A DNA stretch of 64,000 nt, taken from Myxococcales bacterium (GTDB lineage Bacteria > Myxococcota_A > UBA9160 > UBA4427). The stretch is from the NCBI GenBank assembly GCA_014240165.1, contig JAAZXM010000006.1:54708-118707 (forward strand), written 5' to 3'. Shown here piece after piece: positions 1 through 8,621 of the stretch. Made by a program: the position numbers and the translations under genes. The stretch's first letter is position 1, and each line of letters starts with the position of its first letter. The notes beneath the pieces are model-generated. The model was not told where the DNA came from. It worked only from the letters and a program-made list of their open reading frames with translations, and ran no database searches.

Positions 1-1225
1 CATCGGCCAAGGGCACCGGGCCCCGCGGCGCCGGGCTCTCTCCCGTGTCCGAGCCACCCAGCCGGGACATGGTGCTTACAAGACCGCGCACACGTTCGAG
101 TTCGCCTTGGGCCAGTCGGTGGTAATCACCCCAGAACGAGTCATCGGTCTCGTTCCTCATTTCCGGGGCCATGTTGAGAAAAGTCTTGATCGAGACCAAG
201 GGGTTGTTGATTTCGTGAGCGAGACCCGCTGCCAGGGTCCCCAGGGTTCCCAGCCTGTCCGCCCGACGGACCTGGGCACGGGATTCGCGCAACGCCTCGA
301 CCAGGCGAGCATTCTCCAGGGCGATCACCGCCTGGGTACCGAGGCCGTCGAGAAGTCCCGAATCCTCCGCGCCGAAGCTGCGGCTCCCCCGGCGATTATC
401 CACCGCGAGTGCGCCGATCACCCCCTTTTTTCCCGTCAGAGGAACCACCATGATCTCATCGGCGGAAACCTCTGTGAGCCAACGCTGGACAGGCCCCTCG
501 TAGCGATCGGCATCCCGAAGAAAGAGGTGTTGAGATTGGCCCGCCAGGATCTGGTCCAAAAAATTGCCCGCCAGGGGCCGCGAAAACTCGATCGCTTTCA
601 GAACCTCGGAAACCTCCCCGTCCCCGGGAAAGAGCCCCTTCCAGAGAAGGCGTTCTCCCGTCTTGTCGAAGAAGAAGAGCGCGCCCCCATCGAATCCCAG
701 GTCCTTGTTCATCGCATTCAGAAGAAGTTCGACCAAGCGCTCCAGATCCATCTCCTGATGCAGCGCACGCGACAAGCGATTAATGGTGCTCAATTCTTGG
801 AGCAGCGCAGTTCGCTCTCTCTCGAGCGCAAAGGTTTCGATGGCCCGGCGAAGGGTCAGCCGCATATCCTCGGGTTCCCAGGGCTTCGCGAGATAGCGAT
901 ACACAGAGCCATCGTTGATGGCATCCCCAAGGGTCTCCACATCGCCATACGCGGTGACGAGGATCCGAATCGTATCGGGATCGAGTTCACGCACCCGGGA
1001 GAGGAACTGAACCCCGGTGACCCCTGGCATGCGCTGGTCCGAAAGGACCACCGCGACGGGGTTCGCATTGAGAACCTCCATCCCCTCTTCGGCCGAAGCG
1101 GCCGTCAGAATGGAAAACTCCCGTCCGAACGTCAGTTCAAAGACGCGAAGATTCTCGGGCTCGTCGTCCACATAGAGCACGGGAAAGTCGCGATGGTCGA
1201 GCAGTTGCAGCGGCCTGGGTCGCAC
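1..1225 (-). CDS. Hybrid sensor histidine kinase (receiver + GAF-like + HisKA); 3' end runs off the window
   Basis: Absent from the ORF track because it is truncated. My minus-strand translation reads FPVLYVDDEPENLRVFEL...SDQRMPGVTG (receiver), then a GAF-like middle, then the H-box GLAHEINNPLVSIKTFL. Candidate GTG start at 1225. The 107..1297 + ORF is its antisense shadow. Confidence 0.8.
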   Translation of the reverse strand, partial: MRPRPLQLLDHRDFPVLYVDDEPENLRVFELTFGREFSILTAASAEEGMEVLNANPVAVVLSDQRMPGVTGVQFLSRVRELDPDTIRILVTAYGDVETLGDAINDGSVYRYLAKPWEPEDMRLTLRRAIETFALERERTALLQELSTINRLSRALHQEMDLERLVELLLNAMNKDLGFDGGALFFFDKTGERLLWKGLFPGDGEVSEVLKAIEFSRPLAGNFLDQILAGQSQHLFLRDADRYEGPVQRWLTEVSADEIMVVPLTGKKGVIGALAVDNRRGSRSFGAEDSGLLDGLGTQAVIALENARLVEALRESRAQVRRADRLGTLGTLAAGLAHEINNPLVSIKTFLNMAPEMRNETDDSFWGDYHRLAQGELERVRGLVSTMSRLGGSDTGESPAPRGPVPLAD

Positions 1226-1345
1226 GATCGCCTCCGAAGAGCGCCGGAACGAACTCAGGCGCAGTCCAGGTTTCGGCCTCTGGGCGACGTGGATTGAGGG
1301 GAATCGCCCCAGTTCCGCTGCGAAATTCGTGCGATTGGGACCCGG

Positions 1346-2350
1346 TCAGTCGGAGAGGTCGACTTGCCGGAGTTTGACGCCTGCCTCGTCGAGCAATTCA
1401 AGCGCCCTGTCCCCGAGGGGGTAGCTCGCGTTATAGACCACTTCGTTGAGCCCGGCGTTGATGATCATCTTGGTGCATTGGAGGCAGGGAGAGAAGGTCG
1501 TGTAGAGCGTGGCGTTCTGGAGACTGACGCCGTGATAGGAGGCCTGGGTGATGGCGTTCTCCTCGCCATGGGAGCAGAGACAATCCAACAGGCCCGTGCC
1601 TCCGGGCGCCAGATCGTTGCAGCGAGGGCAGCCACCTTCATTGCAATTGCGCGTCCCGCGCGGCGTTCCGTTGTAGCCGGTGGATACGATGCGGCGGTCT
1701 CGTGTCACCACCGCGGCGACCTTTCGCTTGACGCAGTTGCTTCTCGACGCCACCACCTGAGCAATGCTCATGAAGTAGCGATCCCAGCTCGGTCGCTCAA
1801 AAAAAAGGCTTTCGCGAAAGACCTCCCGGACCGCGACGTGGAGTTCGTCGAAGCCCCCCTCGTTCTCGATCACGAAATCCGCCATCTCCTCGACGGCCAG
1901 GAGTTGTTGGCCCGCCGAATCGGGATTACTCAGCTCGCGCCCCTCGAGGTCGCGCAGTTCGTCCAGGTTCCGGGGATCTCCCGACCGCCCCCGTTCCAGC
2001 ATCCGCTCCAAGCGCCGGGATTCGCTGGCATTCACCCAGACCAGGCGGAACTCCGCCGAGAAATTTTGCAGGGCCTCGACCTCGGCGGGATGGCGAATGG
2101 AGTCGATCACATAGTTGCGATCGGGCAATAGCTTGGGGATCAAGCCCTCGGCCAGAGCGCCCGGCCCGCCTGCGGTGCGCAATTCCCTGCCCGCCTCGAT
2201 CATCCGCTCGCGGGTTTCCTCAACCCCCCGGCTGGCCAATTCGTCCCGAATCACGTCCGAAAGCGAATAGACGTAGAAACTGCGCTCGGCGAGATACTCG
2301 ACGATCGCGCCCTTCCCCGCTCCATTCCGACCGCTCAGACCGATGATCAT
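1346..2350 (-). CDS. P-loop kinase-like domain fused to deoxycytidylate (dCMP/dCTP-type) zinc deaminase
   Basis: Internal ATG at 2350 of the 1346..3454 ORF. Walker A MIIGLSGRNGAGKG at the N-terminus. C-terminal deaminase motifs CSHGEENAI (H-x-E) and SPCLQCTKMI (PCxxC). Confidence 0.85.
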   Translation of the reverse strand: MIIGLSGRNGAGKGAIVEYLAERSFYVYSLSDVIRDELASRGVEETRERMIEAGRELRTAGGPGALAEGLIPKLLPDRNYVIDSIRHPAEVEALQNFSAEFRLVWVNASESRRLERMLERGRSGDPRNLDELRDLEGRELSNPDSAGQQLLAVEEMADFVIENEGGFDELHVAVREVFRESLFFERPSWDRYFMSIAQVVASRSNCVKRKVAAVVTRDRRIVSTGYNGTPRGTRNCNEGGCPRCNDLAPGGTGLLDCLCSHGEENAITQASYHGVSLQNATLYTTFSPCLQCTKMIINAGLNEVVYNASYPLGDRALELLDEAGVKLRQVDLSD

Positions 2351-2434
2351 GGACCCCCCGTTCGCGCTGGAGATTAGCAGCCTTGGCCTCTGGGGGTTTG
2401 CGCCCCTGGGGTTCCTGTGGAACGCTGCCGCACG

Positions 2435-3337
2435 ATGAGGGTATTGGTCACCGGCTCCCGCGGATTCGTGGGGGCTCGGCTCATTCCCCGCCTCGAAGCG
2501 GCCGGCCACGTGGTGGCGGGGTTCGATCTCGACTCCGTGGACATCTGTGACCCGGGAGCGGTCGCAAACTTTGTTCAGCGCTTCTCCCCCGAAGCCGCAG
2601 CCCATCTGGCGGCGGTTGCGTTCGTCCCCGCAGCATCCGAAGACCCGAATCTGGCCCGACGCGTCAACGTCGGGGGCACGAAAAATCTCATCGAGGCCCT
2701 CCAGGCCCACGCATCCGCTGCGCGCCTCCTCCTGGTGGGATCGGGAGAGCAATACCCGGCCCTCGAGCCCGGCAGCCCTCCGCTCAGCGAAGACGAACCC
2801 CTCGCACCCATGGGTCCCTACGCGACCACCAAGACCGCGGCCGAGGAATTGGGCCGCGAAGCCGCCGAGAAGGGCCTGGACGTGGTCACCGTGCGAGCCT
2901 TCAATCACACCGGGCCAGGCCAAGCGCTCAATTTCGTTGCGCCGGATTTCGCGCGACAAATTGCCGAGATCGAGGCCGGGGCCAGCCCCCTCATGCGGGT
3001 AGGCAATCTCGACAGTGTCCGCGATTTCCTCCACGTCGAAGACGTCATCGACGCGTATCTTCGGCTGCTGGATCCGAAGGTCCCGGCTGGGATCTACAAT
3101 ATCGCCAGTGGCACGGGCACCCGAATCGGCGCCCTGCTCGACACCCTGGCGGCCCTGGCGAAGGTCTCTCCCCAAATCGAAAGGGACGAGACGCGCTGGC
3201 GGCCGGCCGACGCCCGGGTCGGCGATGCCCAGCGACTGCGGGACGCCACTGGCTGGGCGCCCAGCCGCTCGCTGGAAGAGATTCTCGCCGAACTCCTCGA
3301 CTATTGGCGAGAACGTGTCCGGGAGGACGCGCCCTGA
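2435..3337 (+). CDS. NAD-dependent sugar-nucleotide epimerase/dehydratase (SDR family)
   Basis: Rossmann motif MRVLVTGSRGFVGARL and catalytic YATTK (YxxxK). The start is more likely 2435 than 2417. Confidence 0.85.
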   Translation: MRVLVTGSRGFVGARLIPRLEAAGHVVAGFDLDSVDICDPGAVANFVQRFSPEAAAHLAAVAFVPAASEDPNLARRVNVGGTKNLIEALQAHASAARLLLVGSGEQYPALEPGSPPLSEDEPLAPMGPYATTKTAAEELGREAAEKGLDVVTVRAFNHTGPGQALNFVAPDFARQIAEIEAGASPLMRVGNLDSVRDFLHVEDVIDAYLRLLDPKVPAGIYNIASGTGTRIGALLDTLAALAKVSPQIERDETRWRPADARVGDAQRLRDATGWAPSRSLEEILAELLDYWRERVREDAP

Positions 3338-3350
3338 GCCCCGGGAGAAT

Positions 3351-4241
3351 TCAGCGAGCAAAGCCCAGCAGGGGAGCGCTCCAGACCGCGCCCGATGCAT
3401 CCTGCACCGTCCGCTCGCCACGCTCTTCGAGACCGAAGGCCCCGAAAGTCGCAAGAACCTTCGATCGATCGGACACCAACAACCCCGAGAGCACCAGGTT
3501 GCCTTCGGGAGAAAGCTTCGTCGCGATCTCCTCCGCGATGGGAAGCATTTCCGAGCGCAGCAGGTTGACCAGAACCAGGTCGAAGACCCCTTCGCCGAGG
3601 GCCTCGATGGGGCCGGCGAAGAGCGCCAGATCTGTGCCCAGCCCGTTCCCCTTCGCCACCCGCTGGGCTTCGGTCACCGCCCCCCGGTCGAGATCGAAAC
3701 CGAGTGCCCAACCCGCGCCGAGTTTCACCGCTGCCAGGCCAAGCACGCCGGACCCCGTGCCCACGTCCAGGACTCGAACCGCCCGCTCGCCCCGCGTCGA
3801 CAACGCGTCGACCCACTCCAATGCCAGGCGAGTGGACTCGTGGCCGCCGGTTCCAAAGGCCTGCCCCGGGTCAACGATCACCTCCTGTTGTCCATCCTCC
3901 AGCGGGTACGCCACGAAGGAGGGACGAACCACCAGGCGCGGCGAAATCACGATGGCCTCGAGCCCGTCCTTCCAGGCCTCGCTCCAATCCATTTCGCCCA
4001 GGGGCTCGCTGGCTTCGCCGATCCGTTCACTCGTCAACAGCCCCTCAAGGACCGAGCGAATATCCGGTTCGGTTGGGCGGGACAGGTAGATGATGAGTTC
4101 AATGCCTTCGTCGCCCGACCGCTCCTCTACGCCCAGGGCGCCCGCCTCCCACACCTCAGCCACCACCCGATCCGCCAGGGCCTGGGAGTCGGGGCGCGCC
4201 CGCAGCAGAAGGTCTGCGCTCGTCATGGTGCTCCTTGTCAC
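3351..4241 (-). CDS. prmA: Ribosomal protein L11 methyltransferase
   Basis: SAM-binding motif VLDVGTGSGVLGLAA and GTGGHESTRL typical of PrmA. Alternative start at 4226. Confidence 0.85.
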   Translation of the reverse strand: MTRSTMTSADLLLRARPDSQALADRVVAEVWEAGALGVEERSGDEGIELIIYLSRPTEPDIRSVLEGLLTSERIGEASEPLGEMDWSEAWKDGLEAIVISPRLVVRPSFVAYPLEDGQQEVIVDPGQAFGTGGHESTRLALEWVDALSTRGERAVRVLDVGTGSGVLGLAAVKLGAGWALGFDLDRGAVTEAQRVAKGNGLGTDLALFAGPIEALGEGVFDLVLVNLLRSEMLPIAEEIATKLSPEGNLVLSGLLVSDRSKVLATFGAFGLEERGERTVQDASGAVWSAPLLGFAR

Positions 4242-5235
4242 GCTCTGGGGCTCGGCCGGGTGTTATTACAGCCACCTCGCCCAGGGGCAAGCACGTGTCC
4301 TCTGGGGTCGAGTGGCGATCGCCGAAGTGCTCGCAGACCCGGACACTCCGCCCCTGCTTGCCCAACGCCTCCGCCTGGTCCTGGCCGCCCGGGATTTCGG
4401 TCAGACATTGGGCCTTGAGGTCGATGGACAGTACACAAGCTATCTCCCCTGGCCAGACGATCGTATCCTCACCAACCTCGTGGTCGCGGAACCGGGACAG
4501 ATCGAAGCCCGCCCCTTTCGCTTTCCCCTGATCGGCGCCGTGCCCTATAAGGGATTCTTCGACCGTGGCTGGGCTGAGTCCGAAGCCGAGCGATTTCGCG
4601 GTCGCGGGCTGGACGTATGCCTGGTTCCGGTCTCCGCATACTCGACCCTCGGCTTCTTCGACGATCCCGTGAGCGACCCGATGCTCGCCTCCCGGGATGG
4701 CCGACTGGTCGAGACCGTCCTCCACGAACTCGTCCACGCCACGGTTTTTCTCGAAGGCCGCCCAAATTTCAACGAGGGTGCCGCGAGCTTCATCGGCCAG
4801 GAAGCTTCAGTGCTCTTCTTTGCCAACGACCTCGAAAACGCAAATCGCCGGCGCCAGGAAGTATTCGAAGCGCGGACCCTGGCGCGCTTCCAAATGGCCT
4901 TTCGAGCGGAGATCGCGACCCTCTACGAAGAGACCAGCGACGAGACAACCCGCGCTCGGCTCCGCGAAGAAGCCGAAACCCGGGCGAGAGAACAATTGCG
5001 CGCCCTCGCCCTGACCACCTACAACCCTCAGCAGTTGGCCGACAACATCGCCCTGAACGATGCCTGCCTTGCCCTGCGCGGCACCTATACCGAGGAAATC
5101 CCGCGTTTCGAGACGGTCTTGGCCAGCCTGGACGGTGATCTGACCGCTTTCATCGCCCGCCTCCGCGATGCAGCCACCGACGCGAATCCCGAGGCAAAGT
5201 TCTTTCGCAGCCCGGCAGCCGAAGACGAGCGATAG
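4225..5235 (+). CDS. Predicted zinc aminopeptidase lipoprotein (putative-aminopeptidase family)
   Basis: Lipoprotein-type signal MVLLVTLWGSAGC and HELVHAT zinc motif. Start taken at ATG 4225 inside the 4090..5235 ORF. Confidence 0.7.
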   Translation: MVLLVTLWGSAGCYYSHLAQGQARVLWGRVAIAEVLADPDTPPLLAQRLRLVLAARDFGQTLGLEVDGQYTSYLPWPDDRILTNLVVAEPGQIEARPFRFPLIGAVPYKGFFDRGWAESEAERFRGRGLDVCLVPVSAYSTLGFFDDPVSDPMLASRDGRLVETVLHELVHATVFLEGRPNFNEGAASFIGQEASVLFFANDLENANRRRQEVFEARTLARFQMAFRAEIATLYEETSDETTRARLREEAETRAREQLRALALTTYNPQQLADNIALNDACLALRGTYTEEIPRFETVLASLDGDLTAFIARLRDAATDANPEAKFFRSPAAEDER

Positions 5236-5239
5236 AAGG

Positions 5240-5824
5240 CTAGAACGCTACGACCCCGCGCTCGACAAGCGACCTGAAAACGGCGAGACAGGCCTCGCTG
5301 TCCACCAGCGCGTCGTGCGCTCCCTCGATTTCCTGCTCCGTGAAGTAACGGTAGGCCTCCGCCAAAGAAGGCCATTTATAGGAATCGAAGCGCCCTGGGA
5401 GCTTGAGAATATCCGTCGACGTCTCCATGGTGCAGATCTGGCGCAGGTCGCCCATGCGATCGGGCTTGCCCCCCAATCGGTAGAGGGCCGTTTTCATGAT
5501 GCTTCGGTCGAAGGCCAGGTTATGGGCGACAATCACGTCGGCCTGAAGACAAAGTTGGTTGAAGAGTGAACCCGCCACCATCAGGGGGACACCGTATCGT
5601 TCGCAATCCTCCTCGCTGATTCCGTGGGCCTTCTTCGCGCCCTCTTCGATCTGGACACCGTCGGGAAGCCTGACGAGCATGGAATGGCGAGCCCGTGAAC
5701 TCCAATCGTCGGTCTCCACCAGCAGCATTCCCAGCTGGACGAGATCCGGCTGGGCCGGATCCTCGGGCGATCGATCTCGCACCACCATTCCCGTGGTTTC
5801 CGTATCGAAAATCATCGCCCTCAT
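5240..5824 (-). CDS. DnaQ-like 3'-5' exonuclease (DEDDh)
   Basis: Exo motifs MIFDTETTG, HNLAFD and HDALVD. AGGAGA Shine-Dalgarno sequence upstream of ATG 5824. Confidence 0.85.
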   Translation of the reverse strand: MRAMIFDTETTGMVVRDRSPEDPAQPDLVQLGMLLVETDDWSSRARHSMLVRLPDGVQIEEGAKKAHGISEEDCERYGVPLMVAGSLFNQLCLQADVIVAHNLAFDRSIMKTALYRLGGKPDRMGDLRQICTMETSTDILKLPGRFDSYKWPSLAEAYRYFTEQEIEGAHDALVDSEACLAVFRSLVERGVVAF

Positions 5825-5965
5825 GGGTTTTTCTCCTGGTGGCCATCCAAAGTCCGACTCTGTCCGGTGGATTAGCACTTTTCGCCCGTCACGTGATGGG
5901 GTTTACTCGGCGCGTGAGTCCTGGCCCAGAGACGCCTTCTCTCTACTCGGAGCGCCTTCCTCAAT

Positions 5966-6799
5966 ATGCGAACCCAACTGACGATTCCGGCTCTCGCTGC
6001 TCTCGCCCTGATCGCCTTCGAACCCGTCCACCGCGTCTCGGCCTCCCCCCCCACCGCTGACGGATCCGAGACCCCCAGCGGGCGCCAGATCATGGAATGG
6101 GTGGACGATCGGGATGACGGCGATAATGGGATCTCGGATCTCAAGATGGTGCTCATCGACAAGCGCGGCCGGGAACGGGTCAGGCAGATGCGCAACCTGA
6201 CCAAGGACAAGGGCAAGGACACGCTGTCCCTGATCTTCTTCCTCTCCCCCGCGGACGTCAAGAATACGGGCTTTCTCAGCTACGACTACGACGACGCGGA
6301 CCGCGACGATGACCAATGGCTCTACCTCCCCGCGCTGAAGAAGACCAAGAGAATCGCCGGGGGAGACAAGAGCGGGAGCTTCATGGGCTCGGATTTCACC
6401 TACGCCGACATGGCCTCCCCGCCACTCGACCGGTACAGCTACACGCTGATGAAGGAAACCGAGGTCAAGGGCGTACCCACGTGGCAGGTGGAAGCCATCC
6501 CCAACGCCCAGGAAGCCAAGGATACGGGGTATACGAAATCCATCTCCTTCGTCCGCAAGGACAACCACGTGGTCATTCGCAGTGTCAACTGGGTGAAGAA
6601 GGGAAAGCGGCTGAAGTACATGGAGGTCGAAGAGCTCGAGTTGATCGATGGGATCTGGGTCCCGACCCGGATCACCATGAGCACGAAAAAGGGCAAGAAG
6701 ACCCTGCACAAAACCCAGCTTCAGATCTCCAACGTAAAGTTCAACCAGCCCCTGGAGGAGGAAACCTTCAGCATTCGCCGCCTGGAACGAGGTCTGTAG
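5966..6799 (+). CDS. Outer-membrane lipoprotein-sorting (LolA-like) protein
   Basis: Signal peptide, then a pattern typical of the LolA-like family: QWLYLPALKKTKRI...GSFMGSDFTYADM. Confidence 0.7.
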   Translation: MRTQLTIPALAALALIAFEPVHRVSASPPTADGSETPSGRQIMEWVDDRDDGDNGISDLKMVLIDKRGRERVRQMRNLTKDKGKDTLSLIFFLSPADVKNTGFLSYDYDDADRDDDQWLYLPALKKTKRIAGGDKSGSFMGSDFTYADMASPPLDRYSYTLMKETEVKGVPTWQVEAIPNAQEAKDTGYTKSISFVRKDNHVVIRSVNWVKKGKRLKYMEVEELELIDGIWVPTRITMSTKKGKKTLHKTQLQISNVKFNQPLEEETFSIRRLERGL

Positions 6800-6805
6800 A
6801 CCGCG

Positions 6806-8377
6806 GTGGCCCGGCCTCGACTGCTACGGGTTCTCGCCTGGGCGATCGTCCTGACCCTCGCCACCCTGCCCGCGGGCACATCGGCCGAGGACGCCGATCT
6901 CGAGGAGATTCTCGGGGGATTCGACGACGAAGAAAGCGAGCCCGCATCGGCGGAATCCCAAGGGCAGCCCGATGAAACCCCGCCCGCTGACCGTTTCTTC
7001 GACCTGCTGGGCTCGGTCAGCCTCGGTGCCTCCTACAATGTCCGGGACCATCGGTCCACCCTCGGGCCCAGCCCCCCTCCCGCTCCGGGCACCGAGTATG
7101 GCGGCATCCAACGCCTGCGCGCGCGAGCCGACCTCCAGGCGGATGCCTATCTCCCCAAGAACTGGAGGGCCCGGATCCAGGCCTATGTGTTCTACGATTT
7201 TGCCTACCTGATTCACGGCACGGACCGATACACCCGGGATGTCATCCAGGATTACGAGTTCGAATCCGAGATCTTGGATTTCTGGGTGGAGGGCAGCGTC
7301 ACCTCCTGGCTGGATCTGAAACTCGGACGACAGGTCGTGAACTGGGGGCGCTCGGACACTCTCCGGGTCACGGATATCTGGAACGCCCTGAACAATCGCG
7401 AGCCCGGCTTGGTGGACATAGAGGACCTGCGCCTACCCAGCACAATGGCTCGCGCCGATGCCTATTGGGGTCGTTGGCAATTCACGGCTCTGGTGGTGCC
7501 CGAGATTCGCTACGACTACAACCCGCCGCCGGGATCCGATTTTTTTCCCAGCCTGGACTTCAACGATCTACCCGACCCGCCAGCGGGCGCGCCCCCGAAT
7601 ACGAAAGAGAGCATCGGCCAGGCAATCGCGAGCACGCCGGGCCTGTCCAATGAAGTTTCACGCTGGGGAGACACGCCGGAATTTGGAGCCGCCCTCACTG
7701 GCGTTTTCAGCGGCTGGGACATCTCACTCTACGCCGCCCGGATTTACCAGAACCAGACATCGAGTGTGGTCGGATTGCCCGATCCCAGCCTGGCTTCGGC
7801 CTATCGAATCGACTCAGCCGAGGATCGACTCACCATGGTCGGCGCGGGCGCAAATTACACCCAAGGCAGTTGGCTGCTCAAAGCCGAACTCGCCTACCTG
7901 GACGAACTCGACTACGCCTTCCTCGAGCCCAACCCCGACTTCTCCGTTCCGACCGATGACCCCTACGTGCTCTCGTCCGTTCGACTCTCCCGTTTCGATT
8001 GGATGGTGGGACTCGAGTACTACGGCTTCGGAGAAACTACGATCGCCGTCGATTTCGCCCATCGCCGTGTACTCGACTATGACTCCTGGCTCCAATACCT
8101 GCCGAATTACGTCTACGAGGACAGTTTCGAGGCCGCCCTCCGCGTCGGCTCCGAGTTCCTCAACGCCCGGCTTCGCGTCAATGCCCTTGGCCTGGTTCTC
8201 GCGAACGACGCAGGGCTACAGGGTGCAATCCTCCGGGTATGGGGGGACTACGAACTCTTCGAGGCGCTCATTCTCACCGGCGGTTACCTCCACTATTTCG
8301 AAAGCGAGCAAATCCCCTTCAACACCTGGGATCAGAACGACCGCCTTTTCGCCAAACTCAAATACAGCTTTCCCTGA
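6806..8377 (+). CDS. Outer-membrane beta-barrel protein, DUF1302-like
   Basis: Signal peptide, LKLGRQVVNWGRSDTLRVTDIWN motif resembling DUF1302, and an aromatic C-terminal residue (KYSFP). GTG start. Lies 6 nt after the LolA-like gene. Confidence 0.6.
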   Translation: MARPRLLRVLAWAIVLTLATLPAGTSAEDADLEEILGGFDDEESEPASAESQGQPDETPPADRFFDLLGSVSLGASYNVRDHRSTLGPSPPPAPGTEYGGIQRLRARADLQADAYLPKNWRARIQAYVFYDFAYLIHGTDRYTRDVIQDYEFESEILDFWVEGSVTSWLDLKLGRQVVNWGRSDTLRVTDIWNALNNREPGLVDIEDLRLPSTMARADAYWGRWQFTALVVPEIRYDYNPPPGSDFFPSLDFNDLPDPPAGAPPNTKESIGQAIASTPGLSNEVSRWGDTPEFGAALTGVFSGWDISLYAARIYQNQTSSVVGLPDPSLASAYRIDSAEDRLTMVGAGANYTQGSWLLKAELAYLDELDYAFLEPNPDFSVPTDDPYVLSSVRLSRFDWMVGLEYYGFGETTIAVDFAHRRVLDYDSWLQYLPNYVYEDSFEAALRVGSEFLNARLRVNALGLVLANDAGLQGAILRVWGDYELFEALILTGGYLHYFESEQIPFNTWDQNDRLFAKLKYSFP

Positions 8378-8478
8378 CATCGCTCCCCATCCGAAAAAAG
8401 GCAGAATCCTGACCTCCCCCAGCCTCCCCGGGCCCTGCCTCAAGGCCCGATATCCGGCCTTTACCGGATTGCCAGCAT

Positions 8479-8509
8479 GGGAAAAACTCGAAAGCGTTCG
8501 TTTTTTCCC
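8479..8509 (+). terminator. Candidate intrinsic terminator (A-tract/hairpin/T-tract) after the DUF1302-like gene
   Basis: GGGAAAAACTCGAAAGCGTTCGTTTTTTCCC. The inner stem is CGAA/TTCG and the flanks GGGAAAAA/TTTTTCCC are complementary, followed by a T-run. Confidence 0.45.
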
Positions 8510-8621
8510 ATAAGCGCAGGCCACGAACCCGCCCCTCCCGCATGACGTCGGCTATGATGAAAATTCAAGTATTTCGCAAATCCTCCTCGCCCATTCACAA
8601 CCGCGCCCAGGAGTCCAGCGT

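Noticed and set aside
2351-3454. N-terminal 368-aa extension of the 702-aa minus-strand ORF containing the kinase-deaminase.
   Set aside because: It overlaps the clearly genuine + strand epimerase gene and translates to low-complexity sequence. The Walker-A-containing ATG at 2350 is the natural start.
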